From the NCBI GenBank assembly GCA_947501605.1, contig CANMWZ010000006.1, positions 64,001-128,000 on the forward strand: a DNA stretch of 64,000 bases. The letters are read 5' to 3'. Shown here piece by piece: positions 1 through 9,699 of the stretch. A program made the position numbers and the translations under genes. The notes below the pieces were generated by a model that worked only from the letters and a program-made list of their open reading frames with translations, was not told the DNA's origin and made no database searches. This DNA comes from Planctomycetota bacterium (GTDB lineage Bacteria; Planctomycetota; UBA1135; UBA2386). The number at the start of each line of letters is the position of its first letter. Positions within the stretch are counted from its first letter, which is position 1.

Positions 1-597
1 CAGCACCGAGGCCAGCGCGCGGGCCGCGTCCCGACAGTGCAGAGGTGTGCGGTACTCGTTGGTGAACAGTGACACGGGCCGCTGCCCCGCGATGGCCGAG
101 AGGATCATCGAACTGGCACCGCGCCCTTGGTCGTCGGGCCCGAACAGCAACGGCAATCGCGCCACACGGCCGCCGGCGGCCACCACACGCTCCTCGCCCT
201 CCGCCTTGGTCACGCCATACACAGACAGTGGCGCCACAGGATCGCGAGCGCCGTACGGAGCGCAGCGGCCGTCGAAGACGAGGTCCGTTGAGACCAACAG
301 GAACCGCCCGCCGTAGCGGGCCGCGAGCTGCGCTGGCACATCGACGTTGTTGCGGCGCGCGCCATCGGGATCGGCCTCACAGGCGGCCATGCGCGATGCG
401 GCCGCAAGGTGGAGCACGAAGTCGGGCCGCGCCGCGTCCAGCATCGCGTTTGCTTCCGCGCGGTCGCCCAGATCGACCGCGAAGTCCCCGCCGCGGCGCG
501 AAGTGGTGACCAGAGTGAACGCGTGCCGGAACTCGGCAACCACGTGGCCGCCAAGAAACCCGGTCGCGCCGGTCACGAGCACGCGGGGCATCGTCAT
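1..597 (-). CDS. RmlD-like SDR / dTDP-4-dehydrorhamnose reductase family (3' end runs off window)
   Basis: Manual translation of the minus strand from 597: MTMPRVLVTGATGFLGGHV (GxxGxxG), HLAA, VSTDLVFDG, YGVTK (YxxxK), NEYRTP. Absent from the ORF track because it has no stop inside the window. Confidence 0.85.
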   Translation of the reverse strand, partial: MTMPRVLVTGATGFLGGHVVAEFRHAFTLVTTSRRGGDFAVDLGDRAEANAMLDAARPDFVLHLAAASRMAACEADPDGARRNNVDVPAQLAARYGGRFLLVSTDLVFDGRCAPYGARDPVAPLSVYGVTKAEGEERVVAAGGRVARLPLLFGPDDQGRGASSMILSAIAGQRPVSLFTNEYRTPLHCRDAARALASVL

Positions 598-679
598 GGA
601 TGCTCGGAATCGTGGCGTACCGGCGCCGCCGGCAAAAGCCCTCGCCCGCGGCAACCGCCTGCGGCAGCATGCGCGGACG

Positions 680-1552
680 GTGTCTGCACGCATCCTCATC
701 CTCGCGAACCCGATCGCCGGCGGCGGCCGCTCACGACGGCTCGCGCCCGAGCTGGCGACGATCCTTCAATCGCTGGGCTGCCATGCCGAGGTGTACTTCA
801 CCAAAGCCGCTGGCGACGCCGCAGCGCGCGCACGAGTTGCCGGCCCAGAACCGTGGGACGCACTCGTTGCCGTCGGCGGCGACGGCACGCTGAATGAAGT
901 GCTGAACGGCATGCCAGATCCGACACGGCCACTCGGCGTGCTACCGGTCGGCACGGCCAATGTGCTCGCGTCCGAGTACCGCATCCCACGCAGCCCGCGC
1001 GCACTGGCTCCCGTGATCGCCTCGCTGCGAACGACACCGCACGCGATCGGTCTCGCCGGGTCACGTCGCTTTCTGTTGTTTTGCGGCGCCGGCCTCGACG
1101 CTGCGATCGTCGAGCACCTGCACCATCGTCGCAGCGGCACCCTCGGCAAGACCAAGTGGTTGCCGTCGATCGGCGCCATTGTGCACCAATGGCCTCAACA
1201 CACCCTGCGGGCAACGCTTGCAGACGGCGAGGTCCTCGACGATCTCTCTTCGGTCTTGGTAACGCGGGTGCGCAACTACGGCGGCGTCGCCAGACTGCCG
1301 CGGCACATCGACCCCGCGTCGGACCAGTTGTACGTGCTGTGTTTTCGCAGCCGTTCGCGCATTGCCTGGGCTGCGATGGGTCTTTGTGCAGCCCTCGGTG
1401 TCCTCCGCTCCGGGCGCAACCTGGTCATGCGAACGACGCGCGAGGTGCTGGTTCTCGGGAATGCACCAACCCAGGTCGACGGCGATCTGGGCAGCCGCTC
1501 GCCGCTCCGCATTGGCCTACACGACGTCACTGCCCGATTGCTCGTGCCGTAG
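680..1552 (+). CDS. Diacylglycerol/lipid kinase family protein (DAGK catalytic)
   Basis: ANPIAGGG, GGDGTLNEVLNG, PVGTANVLA, QVDGD motifs. GTG start at 680 is inferred. Confidence 0.88.
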   Translation: MSARILILANPIAGGGRSRRLAPELATILQSLGCHAEVYFTKAAGDAAARARVAGPEPWDALVAVGGDGTLNEVLNGMPDPTRPLGVLPVGTANVLASEYRIPRSPRALAPVIASLRTTPHAIGLAGSRRFLLFCGAGLDAAIVEHLHHRRSGTLGKTKWLPSIGAIVHQWPQHTLRATLADGEVLDDLSSVLVTRVRNYGGVARLPRHIDPASDQLYVLCFRSRSRIAWAAMGLCAALGVLRSGRNLVMRTTREVLVLGNAPTQVDGDLGSRSPLRIGLHDVTARLLVP

Positions 1553-1584
1553 CCAGCGGCCCGCTGCGAGGTAGGATGCGCCGC

Positions 1585-2424
1585 ATGCAGCAAGCCTCGG
1601 CACCACCGTGCACGGTCAAGATCGGCGACGCGACGTTTGGCGGCGGTCAACCGTTCGCGCTGATCGCCGGCCCCTGCGTGATCGAGAGCCGTGACCACAC
1701 GTTGCGTCATGCCGAGGCCATCGCGAAAGCGTGCCGGCAGCGAGGCATCGGCCTCGTCTTCAAGAGCAGCTTCGACAAGGCCAACCGAACCTCTGGCAAT
1801 GCCTTCCGAGGCCCTGGCATGGACGAAGGCCTCGCAACGCTTGCAGCGGTGAAGGCACAACTCGGCTTGCCGACCTTGACCGACGTCCATGACATCTCGC
1901 ATTGCGAGGCCGCCGGTGAGGTCGTGGACTGCCTGCAGATCCCTGCGTTCCTGTGCCGTCAGACCGATTTGCTGCTCGCGGCGGCGGCGACCGGCAAAGC
2001 GGTGAACGTGAAGAAGGGCCAGTTCCTGGCGCCCGAGGATGTCGGCAACGTGCTCTCCAAGATCACTGGCGCCGGCAATTCGCGGGCGATGATCACCGAA
2101 CGCGGTGCGAGCTTTGGTTATCGCACCCTGGTCGTCGACTTCGCCGGCTTCCCGACGATGCGCTCGTTCGGCCAGCCGCTGATCTTCGACGTGACACACT
2201 CCGTGCAGCGCCCCGGCGCAGCCGGGACTTCGACGGGCGGCGATCGCACCAAGGTGCCATTCCTCGCGCGCGCTGGAGTTGCGTGCGGCGTCGACGGACT
2301 GTTCCTCGAAGTGCACGAAGATCCCGACCATGCGCCGAGCGACGGACCGAACATGCTCGTCTTGAAGGACCTCGGCTCGCTCCTCGACACCCTGCTGCGC
2401 ATCCAGGACGCCACGCGCGGTTGA
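1585..2424 (+). CDS. kdsA: 3-deoxy-8-phosphooctulonate (KDO8P) synthase
   Basis: AGPCVIES, KSSFDKANRTS, QIPAFLCRQTDLL, KKGQFLAP, ERG, DVTHSVQ, EVH..P..APSDG. Start at 1585 (or 1576). Confidence 0.96.
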   Translation: MQQASAPPCTVKIGDATFGGGQPFALIAGPCVIESRDHTLRHAEAIAKACRQRGIGLVFKSSFDKANRTSGNAFRGPGMDEGLATLAAVKAQLGLPTLTDVHDISHCEAAGEVVDCLQIPAFLCRQTDLLLAAAATGKAVNVKKGQFLAPEDVGNVLSKITGAGNSRAMITERGASFGYRTLVVDFAGFPTMRSFGQPLIFDVTHSVQRPGAAGTSTGGDRTKVPFLARAGVACGVDGLFLEVHEDPDHAPSDGPNMLVLKDLGSLLDTLLRIQDATRG

Positions 2425-2448
2425 GCCAGATCCTGTGAGCCCCGCGCC

Positions 2449-4341
2449 GTGACCCAGCATCCGGACTTTGGCCTTGCCCGCGACATCTACACGTTCGCGC
2501 CCGAGGCACTGGGTGAGGCGCTGCCCCTGTTCGAGATCGTGCGCGAGATCGGCAAGGGCTCCATGGGCATCGTCTACGAGGCTCGCCGTCGCAGCGATGG
2601 GCAACGGTTGGCCCTCAAGGTCCTGCCGCCAAGCCTGACGCTCAGCGAACGCACCATCGCGCGCTTTCTGCGCGAGGGCCGACTCATGGCGCGCGTCGAG
2701 CACCCGGACATCGTCCGGTTCTTGGGTCAGGGCTCGGGCACGGCCGGCGGCGTGCGCCTGTTCTGGTTCGCCATGGAACTCATCGATGGCAGTTCGCTAC
2801 AGGAGCGCTTCTGCATCGGGCCGCTGCCAGTTCGCACGGCTTGCGCCATCGCCGCGCGAACGGGTCGCGCGTTGCAGTTCGCGCACGAACGCGGCGTGGT
2901 GCATCGCGACATGAAGCCAAGCAACATCCTGCTGCGCGCCGAGTCTGACGGCAGCAGTAGCGAGTCGCCGCCGGTCGCCATCTCCGACTTCGGCCTCGCG
3001 CGCGAAACCGGCACGGGATCGATGACCGAGAGTGGTGCGCTGGTCGGCACGCCCATGTACATGGCTCCCGAGCTCGTGCTCAACGGCAGCGCACAGGCAG
3101 GAACACTCGCCGACGTCTACGGTCTCGGCGCCACGCTCTACACGCTGCTGAGTGGACAGCCGCCGTTCGACGGCCCGACGGCACAGAGCGTCCTCCGCGA
3201 TGTCCTCGATCGCGAGCCGCCGAGACTGCGCCGACTTCGCGCCGACTTGCCGCAACCGGTCGAGGCCATCGTGCGCAAGGCGATGAGCAAGGAGCCGAGG
3301 AACCGCTACGGCTCCGCCCTCGAGCTCAGCCTGGACCTCGAGCGCTACTTGCGTGGCGAGCGAGTGCTTGCGCGTGCTCCAGGCCCGGTGGCGACCACGC
3401 TGCGTGCGATTCGTCGGCGGCCGTTGCTCGCAGCGACCGCGCTGCTCGCAGTCCTGTTCGGCCTCGGCACGCTCTACTTGCTGCACGAGCGCCATCACGG
3501 TTTGATCGAACAGGGCATTGCTGAAGCCGAGAACTGGCTTGCGCAAGCGAGCAGTTCGCGCGACGAGCGCGATCGACCACTGTCGGAATCGAAGCGACGC
3601 GAATTGCTGCTAGCCGCCCTGTCGGCGGCAACCGACGTGCTGGCTCGAGATGCCGCGGTGCCGATGGCGCACGTAGTGCGCGCCAAGGCTCACTACCGCC
3701 TTCGGCAACTCGAGGAAGCGCTGCTCGACATCGACGCCGCCGAACGGCTATCGGGGGGGCCGCAGCCGGAGCTACTTCACTTCCGCATCGACGTGCTACG
3801 ACAACGCGCGGACCCCGCGTCGACGCGGCGCTTGCAGGAGGACCTCACAACCCTGTTGCAACTCGATCGCGGCAGTCGCACTCGGGCGATGGTCGCCGAG
3901 CACTTGCTCGAGATCGGACTGCAGGCGAGCCAGGCCGAGCGGGAGGCGGCGCTCTCAGCCGCCTACCAGGTGCTCGAGCCCATCGGCGACGACAATGCCC
4001 GCACCGCCGTATTGCGTGCACGACTCCTCGAAGCCGAAGGCCTGACCAATGACGCGCTCGAGGCCATGCGCGCGGCGCGACGTCACTTCCAGGGTGACGT
4101 TTACGTGCACTTGCAAGCCGCCGCGATGTTCGACCGGCTCGGTCTCGCTGCCGAAGGCCGCGCCGAGAAGGAGACCGCCAGCATCCTGCAACCTACCAAC
4201 TCATCGACCAGCACCGCGCCGGTCGACCTCCAGGGGATCGGCGACTTCTTGGGCGAGGTGAACCGACTGCTACAAGCACTTGACCCGCCACCCGAAGGGG
4301 AACCCGCCGCCACCGGCAAAACCGACAAGCAGCGCGACTGA
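2449..4341 (+). CDS. Hanks-type Ser/Thr protein kinase with a TM helix and TPR-like C-terminal region
   Basis: IGKGSMGIVY, ALK, HRDMKPSN, DFG, GTPMYMAPE, DVYGLG, then hydrophobic LLAATALLAVLFGLGTLYLL and helical repeats. Confidence 0.93.
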   Translation: MTQHPDFGLARDIYTFAPEALGEALPLFEIVREIGKGSMGIVYEARRRSDGQRLALKVLPPSLTLSERTIARFLREGRLMARVEHPDIVRFLGQGSGTAGGVRLFWFAMELIDGSSLQERFCIGPLPVRTACAIAARTGRALQFAHERGVVHRDMKPSNILLRAESDGSSSESPPVAISDFGLARETGTGSMTESGALVGTPMYMAPELVLNGSAQAGTLADVYGLGATLYTLLSGQPPFDGPTAQSVLRDVLDREPPRLRRLRADLPQPVEAIVRKAMSKEPRNRYGSALELSLDLERYLRGERVLARAPGPVATTLRAIRRRPLLAATALLAVLFGLGTLYLLHERHHGLIEQGIAEAENWLAQASSSRDERDRPLSESKRRELLLAALSAATDVLARDAAVPMAHVVRAKAHYRLRQLEEALLDIDAAERLSGGPQPELLHFRIDVLRQRADPASTRRLQEDLTTLLQLDRGSRTRAMVAEHLLEIGLQASQAEREAALSAAYQVLEPIGDDNARTAVLRARLLEAEGLTNDALEAMRAARRHFQGDVYVHLQAAAMFDRLGLAAEGRAEKETASILQPTNSSTSTAPVDLQGIGDFLGEVNRLLQALDPPPEGEPAATGKTDKQRD

Positions 4342-4501
4342 CCAAGCCTCCGATGGCACGGGGTCGTTGCCCTCGACTGCCCGTTTCGAGACGGTCTCGA
4401 GTCGGCGTTCGCGGTTGCGGTAGTCCGGAGAGTTACTATTCCTCGTCAGTCCATCCGCCGACGCGGCCCCACCGCCCGGCAACCCCCACCCCTCCTGTCC
4501 T

Positions 4502-5629
4502 ATGCGTCCCCGCGACTCGGTGCTTTCTGGTGGCGCGTTCGCCCTCTTGGCGATCGCTGCCTTCGCGTGGCTGGGTGATCCTACGGTCGCCGGCGAACTG
4601 CCTCCGCCAGCTGGCGACATGCCGTTCGTGATTGCCGCAGAGTTGGACAGTCATGGCGATGCGCCGGGCGCGGCGGTCGTCGACGGTGGGCCCGTGCATG
4701 CGAACGACGTGGCCGTTGCCGACCCTGTGTTCCACCCGTCGCGAGGACGCGACACGACCGGTTGGACCTCCGGCGTCATTGCCGGTGACATCCCCCTGAC
4801 GCCCAACATCGTGCAGCAGATCCAGTCGATCTCCGTGGTCGTCGACGAACTCAAGAACCTACGAGCCGCGAGCACACCACCGTTCCGCAAGGTTGTCCCC
4901 GTCATCCTCGGACAAGGCACGCCGACGTTCGAAGTGCACGATGTGCCGTTCTCGGATTACGGCTACGTGGTCCGCGTTCACTCGCCCGGATTGAACGGCG
5001 GACAGAGCACGGTCTCGATCACTCAGGACCACCCGTTCGTCAACGACGTCAAGCTACCGATCACCCCAGGATCGCCCTACTCCGTGCTGTTGCGCGACCA
5101 GGACCGAGCGCCGCTGGCCATGACCGAGGTACGGCTGGTCCCGCATCTGGAGCCCCGTGGACGCCCGACCTTCTTCGGTTCGTCAGACAACTACGGCAGC
5201 GTGGTCTTCGAAAACGTGCTGGAAGGGCTCTACCACGCCCATGTCGGCCCCCAGGCCCAGCCGTTGATGGAACCAGTGGAGCTCAACGTCCAACCGGGTT
5301 CGTTCCTGCGCCAGGGCTCGGTCGTGATGCCGCAGGGCACCACCATTGTCGTGCCGCGCGGTCTACCGCTGCAGACCACGGTTGTGCAGGCCGGCGGTTG
5401 GCCGCTGCCAGGAGCGCTCGTCCAAGTGCGCGCCACCGATCGCAGGCATGTCGTCGAACTCGAGGACGTGACAGATGTCCGGGGCCAAGTGCACTTCCCG
5501 AACATCCTGCCTGGGCAATGGGAGATCGAAGTGAGCAAGCCGGATTTCGAACGCCGACTCGCGCAGTTCGAGGTCAAGATCGGCGAAGAGCTGCCCGCTC
5601 AGCGGTTTGATCTGGTGCGGTTGCGCTAG
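4502..5629 (+). CDS. Membrane-anchored protein with carboxypeptidase-regulatory-like (prealbumin-fold) domains
   Basis: N-terminal TM; repeated motifs such as PLPGALVQV...TDVRGQVHFPNILPGQWEIEVSKPDF. Confidence 0.7.
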   Translation: MRPRDSVLSGGAFALLAIAAFAWLGDPTVAGELPPPAGDMPFVIAAELDSHGDAPGAAVVDGGPVHANDVAVADPVFHPSRGRDTTGWTSGVIAGDIPLTPNIVQQIQSISVVVDELKNLRAASTPPFRKVVPVILGQGTPTFEVHDVPFSDYGYVVRVHSPGLNGGQSTVSITQDHPFVNDVKLPITPGSPYSVLLRDQDRAPLAMTEVRLVPHLEPRGRPTFFGSSDNYGSVVFENVLEGLYHAHVGPQAQPLMEPVELNVQPGSFLRQGSVVMPQGTTIVVPRGLPLQTTVVQAGGWPLPGALVQVRATDRRHVVELEDVTDVRGQVHFPNILPGQWEIEVSKPDFERRLAQFEVKIGEELPAQRFDLVRLR

Positions 5630-5715
5630 CAGGTTTCGGCGAGTTCTTCGCTGCGGCGACCCTCTCGGGTAGAAATTCTGCCCGCCGTCGCCACCGTGCT
5701 GCGGTACCGCAACTC

Positions 5716-6195
5716 ATGGCTCGCCCGCTGGTCGATTTCGCATTGCTCGACGTCTCCAAAGACGTCATTCCGCAGGCCGAACTGCGCAGCATGGTGCCGC
5801 ACCGTGACGCCTTCCAGTTGCTCGACGGCATCTGCTACTACGACCCAGAACAGTCGCTGCTCATCGCCTACAAGGATTGGACCGTCGATGCGTGGTGGGC
5901 AGCGGGCCACATCCCGGGCAAGCCGCTGATGCCAGGCGTGCTCATGATCGAAGGCGCGGCGCAGGCGGCGACCTTCTTGCTGAAGAAGTTCAACAACTGG
6001 CCACCTGAGAAGTTCGTCGGCCTCGGTGGTCTGGACGATGTGCGGTTTCGCGGTCAGGTGGTGCCGCCCGCACGAGTGCACTTCGTCGTCGGCCGCGGCA
6101 CCTTGAGTGGCAGCCGCATGGCCAAGTTCCCAACGCAGGCCTTCTGCAACGGGCAAATGATCATGGACATGGTCCTGCTGGGCGTGATCCTCTGA
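5716..6195 (+). CDS. fabZ: 3-hydroxyacyl-ACP dehydratase, FabZ/FabA family
   Basis: PHRDAFQLLD, GHIPGKPLMPGVLMIEGAAQ, VRFRGQVVP hot-dog motifs. Confidence 0.85.
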   Translation: MARPLVDFALLDVSKDVIPQAELRSMVPHRDAFQLLDGICYYDPEQSLLIAYKDWTVDAWWAAGHIPGKPLMPGVLMIEGAAQAATFLLKKFNNWPPEKFVGLGGLDDVRFRGQVVPPARVHFVVGRGTLSGSRMAKFPTQAFCNGQMIMDMVLLGVIL

Positions 6196-6312
6196 CCAGC
6201 AGAGGAGACATCATGATGCAGCCTCTCCGCTCGCTCCTGGTGGCCGCCCCTGCGACCACGCGGAGTGTGCGCAGCCCCTTCTCCCGCACGCTCTGAGCCG
6301 GCCCTATCTCCA

Positions 6313-8196
6313 ATGCTGCCTCGAGCCGATGCTCCAGATGTGGGCCTACCGCGCTGGTTCTGGTGGCTCCCAGCGGTCGTCTTCGCCGCATGGTTTCCGA
6401 TCGCGCCGTTCTGGGCCAGCGACGACTACTTTGCGCTGCACTGGGCCAAAGACCTCGAGCACGTGCTCGCCGACTTCACGGGACCGTGGTACGGCGCCAC
6501 CGACCTGTTCTTCTTCTACCGCCCACTGATCACGCTGAGTCTGTGGCTCGAAGTCCAGGTCGCGGGCAGCGACCCATGGCTTGCACATATCAACAACGTG
6601 CTCGTCCATGCGTGCAGCGCCACGATGGTCGCGCTGCTGTGGCGACGTTGGCTTTCGATCGGCTACGCCTTTGCTGCGGGACTCGTCTGGGGCCTGTCGC
6701 CCATCCACATCGGCGCCATTGGCTGGGCGATCGCGCGCACCGACGGGTTCAGTTGCGCATTCGCACTGATGAGCACCTTGCTGCTCGCGCGCTATGTCGA
6801 AGGGTCGACGACCCGACGGTGGCCGTCGCTGGTCTGCTTTGCGCTGGCGCTGTTGTGCAAGGAGACCGTGCTGTGCCTACCGGGCTTGCTGTTCTTGGTG
6901 GCTTTCGCCAAGCAAGACCCCGCAGCGATCACACCCCGCGCCAAGAGAGCGCTGAGCGCGATCTGGCCGCACATCGCACTCCTCATTGCCTACGTCGCCT
7001 GGCGCGTCGCGATTCTGGGGCGAATGGGAGGTTACGACGCCGCGGCCTACGAGCCTCTGCAGATGGCAGCAGGGCTCAGTGAGTACGCCTTGGGCCTCCT
7101 GAACCCTCTGTACTGGTCGCCACCTCCAGAACGGATCGAGCTGCTGCCGCGCGTCCTACACCTCGCCCTCGCACCACTCGGCTTCGCGCCGGCACTCCTG
7201 GCGGTGACCGTCCTTCTGGGCAAGGGTCGAGCCAAGACGCTCGGCTTCGCGGTCGCGTGGTTCTTGCTCGCGAGCGTGCCGATGGCCGGATTCTTCGCCC
7301 AGGCCGACAACCACCACAACCTCCGCTATTTCTGCCTCGCATTCGCGGGGTTGGCGGCGCTACTCGTGACCGGTGGGCGCGTCGCAACAGCACTCGCCCT
7401 CACATGCACTCTCCTCATGCTGGTACGCGTTCGGGTCGAGCAACACGATGCCGACATGCAGTCGCGCAGCATGCACGAGCAGTTGGTTTCGTTGCTCGAT
7501 GACGATCTGCCAGGCCCGTGGTTCGTCGCCGGCCTGCCGCATCAGAGCCAGAACGCCGTGGCACTTCAGTTTCACTTCGGGATCGACCGGATGCTGACGC
7601 CGCCGTTCGCAAACGGCACGACTCGCGTGTTTGCGCATCGGCCGACCTTCGCATTACCGGGTGCAGTAGACCTCACCGACGAGGACGGGCTGCCGATCGC
7701 GCCGCCGATGGGAACGACGCTGCTGTTCCGTGGCAGCGAACTGCTGGTGACCGTGCCACAAAAGCCACTGCCTGAACTGCCGCTCGACGCGCCTACGGAG
7801 GTCGACGCCACGAGCCCGGCACTCTATCGACTCAACAACGGTTCCGGGCCGGTGCGCTTCACGATGCCCGGCGTGCGTACGCCCGCGTTGCGCCTGACGT
7901 TCTTCACTGCAAGCGGGTATCTCGGTGCGCTGGTGCCAAACCACGCTGCCGCCGACGAGCAGGACGGCAGGCTCGACCTGCTGACTTTCTTCAAGACCGC
8001 GCAGTGGTCCGCTGGGCGCGAACTGATTCGGGGCCTCGAGCCCTCGACGATCATGGACTTGGCCACGGACTTCCCGGTGCTCATCGAAGGCGGGGACTAC
8101 CGCGACGACACCTTCACGCCGACCCACCGAGCCCGCCGCATGGTGATGTTCCGCTTCGACCGCGGCCTGCCCAAGGTGATGCGCGGCGGCGATTGA
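6313..8196 (+). CDS. Multi-pass membrane protein, GT-C-fold glycosyltransferase-like
   Basis: SDDY after the first TM, FFYRPL, ALLCKE, about 10 TM segments and a soluble C-terminal domain. Confidence 0.65.
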   Translation: MLPRADAPDVGLPRWFWWLPAVVFAAWFPIAPFWASDDYFALHWAKDLEHVLADFTGPWYGATDLFFFYRPLITLSLWLEVQVAGSDPWLAHINNVLVHACSATMVALLWRRWLSIGYAFAAGLVWGLSPIHIGAIGWAIARTDGFSCAFALMSTLLLARYVEGSTTRRWPSLVCFALALLCKETVLCLPGLLFLVAFAKQDPAAITPRAKRALSAIWPHIALLIAYVAWRVAILGRMGGYDAAAYEPLQMAAGLSEYALGLLNPLYWSPPPERIELLPRVLHLALAPLGFAPALLAVTVLLGKGRAKTLGFAVAWFLLASVPMAGFFAQADNHHNLRYFCLAFAGLAALLVTGGRVATALALTCTLLMLVRVRVEQHDADMQSRSMHEQLVSLLDDDLPGPWFVAGLPHQSQNAVALQFHFGIDRMLTPPFANGTTRVFAHRPTFALPGAVDLTDEDGLPIAPPMGTTLLFRGSELLVTVPQKPLPELPLDAPTEVDATSPALYRLNNGSGPVRFTMPGVRTPALRLTFFTASGYLGALVPNHAAADEQDGRLDLLTFFKTAQWSAGRELIRGLEPSTIMDLATDFPVLIEGGDYRDDTFTPTHRARRMVMFRFDRGLPKVMRGGD

Positions 8197-8245
8197 GTTA
8201 GCGCGCCAGCGTGACTGCGCCTGCGCGCCAGCGGGCGCTCGCACC

Positions 8246-9067
8246 TCAGATCCCGTCGGCGAACGGCGACTCTGGCGTCAGGATCTCTTCGACATCGAGC
8301 AGGTCGCAACGGCAAGCAACGCCGAGCAGCGACGACAAGGATGGCGTCGTTCGCCCCTCATCGCCACTGATGAACTCCTTCACGTAGGTACCGTGCTGGC
8401 ACTGCACCTTCAGCTGCAGCCGCATGTCCGCGATGTACTCGAGTCCCTTCACGCTGACGAGTCGTTCGCGGTCCAGGTCGGCACGGCGATGCGAGACGCG
8501 CTGCGGCGTGCGCTGGACGACAACACCGTGAAACGCGAGCGCGGCATCGAGACTCGCCGGCAATTGTTCGAGCGCGACCTCGGCACGATAGATCTTCTCG
8601 AAGTTCGTCTGCTTCCAGTAAGCGACGCGGTTCTTGCTGACCGGCACGAACGCCGACAACTCGATCGCGCCCTCGGCCCGCTGCTCGATCTCCTTGCGCA
8701 GTTCGTCGAGGTCCACGTCGAGCTTGCGCGCACCGATCACTTCGTAGACGAACGGACGACCGCGACCGAGCATCAGCACGTCGATGTCTTCACGGCCGGC
8801 ACCGTGGAAGCGTCCCGTCCGAGCTTGGAACGCCGGCATCATGCGGCGGCCGATCAGCTCTTGGACGGATTCCTTGGTCAGCTTGCCGAAGCCCTCGCAG
8901 GGCACGCAACCTTCGCGTCGGCGGCGGTCACCCTTGCAGGTCGGGCACCAAAAAATGGTCTGCGGCAAACCGCGTCGAAGTTTGCGATACCTCGACTCGA
9001 AGAAGAGGTTGCGGCGTGAGACGCGCGGACGCGGGTTGCGCGCTGGATCGGCGGACGAGGGTTCCAC
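8246..9067 (-). CDS. pus10: tRNA pseudouridine(54/55) synthase, Pus10 family (catalytic domain only)
   Basis: RYRKLRRGLPQT, CPTC...CVPC, SVQELI, FHGAGREDIDVLMLGRGRPF, QRTPQRVSHRRADLDRER, GTYVKEFISGDEGRTTPSL, LDV. The GTG start at 9067 has TATACT 8 nt upstream. Confidence 0.88.
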   Translation of the reverse strand: MEPSSADPARNPRPRVSRRNLFFESRYRKLRRGLPQTIFWCPTCKGDRRRREGCVPCEGFGKLTKESVQELIGRRMMPAFQARTGRFHGAGREDIDVLMLGRGRPFVYEVIGARKLDVDLDELRKEIEQRAEGAIELSAFVPVSKNRVAYWKQTNFEKIYRAEVALEQLPASLDAALAFHGVVVQRTPQRVSHRRADLDRERLVSVKGLEYIADMRLQLKVQCQHGTYVKEFISGDEGRTTPSLSSLLGVACRCDLLDVEEILTPESPFADGI

Positions 9068-9140
9068 AGAGCCGCAGTATAGGCACACCCCCACGGCCGA
9101 CTGCAAGCGGGCGACAGCGACTCTGCTTGCGATCCTCGCC

Positions 9141-9566
9141 TCACTTTGTGCGGGCGGTGGAACGCGGCGCCGAAGACGGCCGACGATTGGCGTCGTCGCG
9201 GCCGGAATGGCGTTCGATGAAGCGACCGAGGAACGAGAACAGTTCCTTGCAGTCAATCGGCGTTCGCAGCAGCGAATGGATCTCGAAACGCTGCTTCTCG
9301 TTGCTCATCGCCTTTGGCTCGCGCCCAGCCACCAGTGCGACCAACTCGGTCGCCTGGTCGAACGAGCGCAGGTGCTGCAGCATCCCCATCGACTCCTGAT
9401 CGAGCGGCTCGACCCCGAGGAAGACGCAGTCGAAAGTGCGGGATCTGAGTTCGTTGATACCGCGATAGCCGGAGCCCACGGTCACCTTGATGCCAGGGAA
9501 CTGCTGCAACCCGACCTTCAGTTGGTCTCGAACCAGCGCATCCTTCTCGATCAACAAAACATCCAT
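9141..9566 (-). CDS. Atypical (pseudo-)receiver domain protein
   Basis: Receiver-like layout MDVLLIEKD...FDCVFLG...LLRTPID, but the phospho-Asp and conserved Lys positions are replaced. Confidence 0.65.
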   Translation of the reverse strand: MDVLLIEKDALVRDQLKVGLQQFPGIKVTVGSGYRGINELRSRTFDCVFLGVEPLDQESMGMLQHLRSFDQATELVALVAGREPKAMSNEKQRFEIHSLLRTPIDCKELFSFLGRFIERHSGRDDANRRPSSAPRSTARTK

Positions 9567-9699
9567 CGGCGTATCGAGCCTCCAGAGTCGTGTATCGGCC
9601 GTGCGCTAGTTCCGACGCGACCCGCGGCACCGTCCCATCCAAGGTGATGCGGCGATTGCAGGCTTGACCGCGATGGCATGGGCTGGTTCGGTGCAGGTC

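Noticed and set aside
4386..4400. Perfect palindrome TCGAGAC-G-GTCTCGA (also GTCGAGCGCTCGAC at 20465-20478)
   Set aside because: Single occurrences in TCGA-rich high-GC DNA with no cognate regulator nearby; cannot be distinguished from chance.
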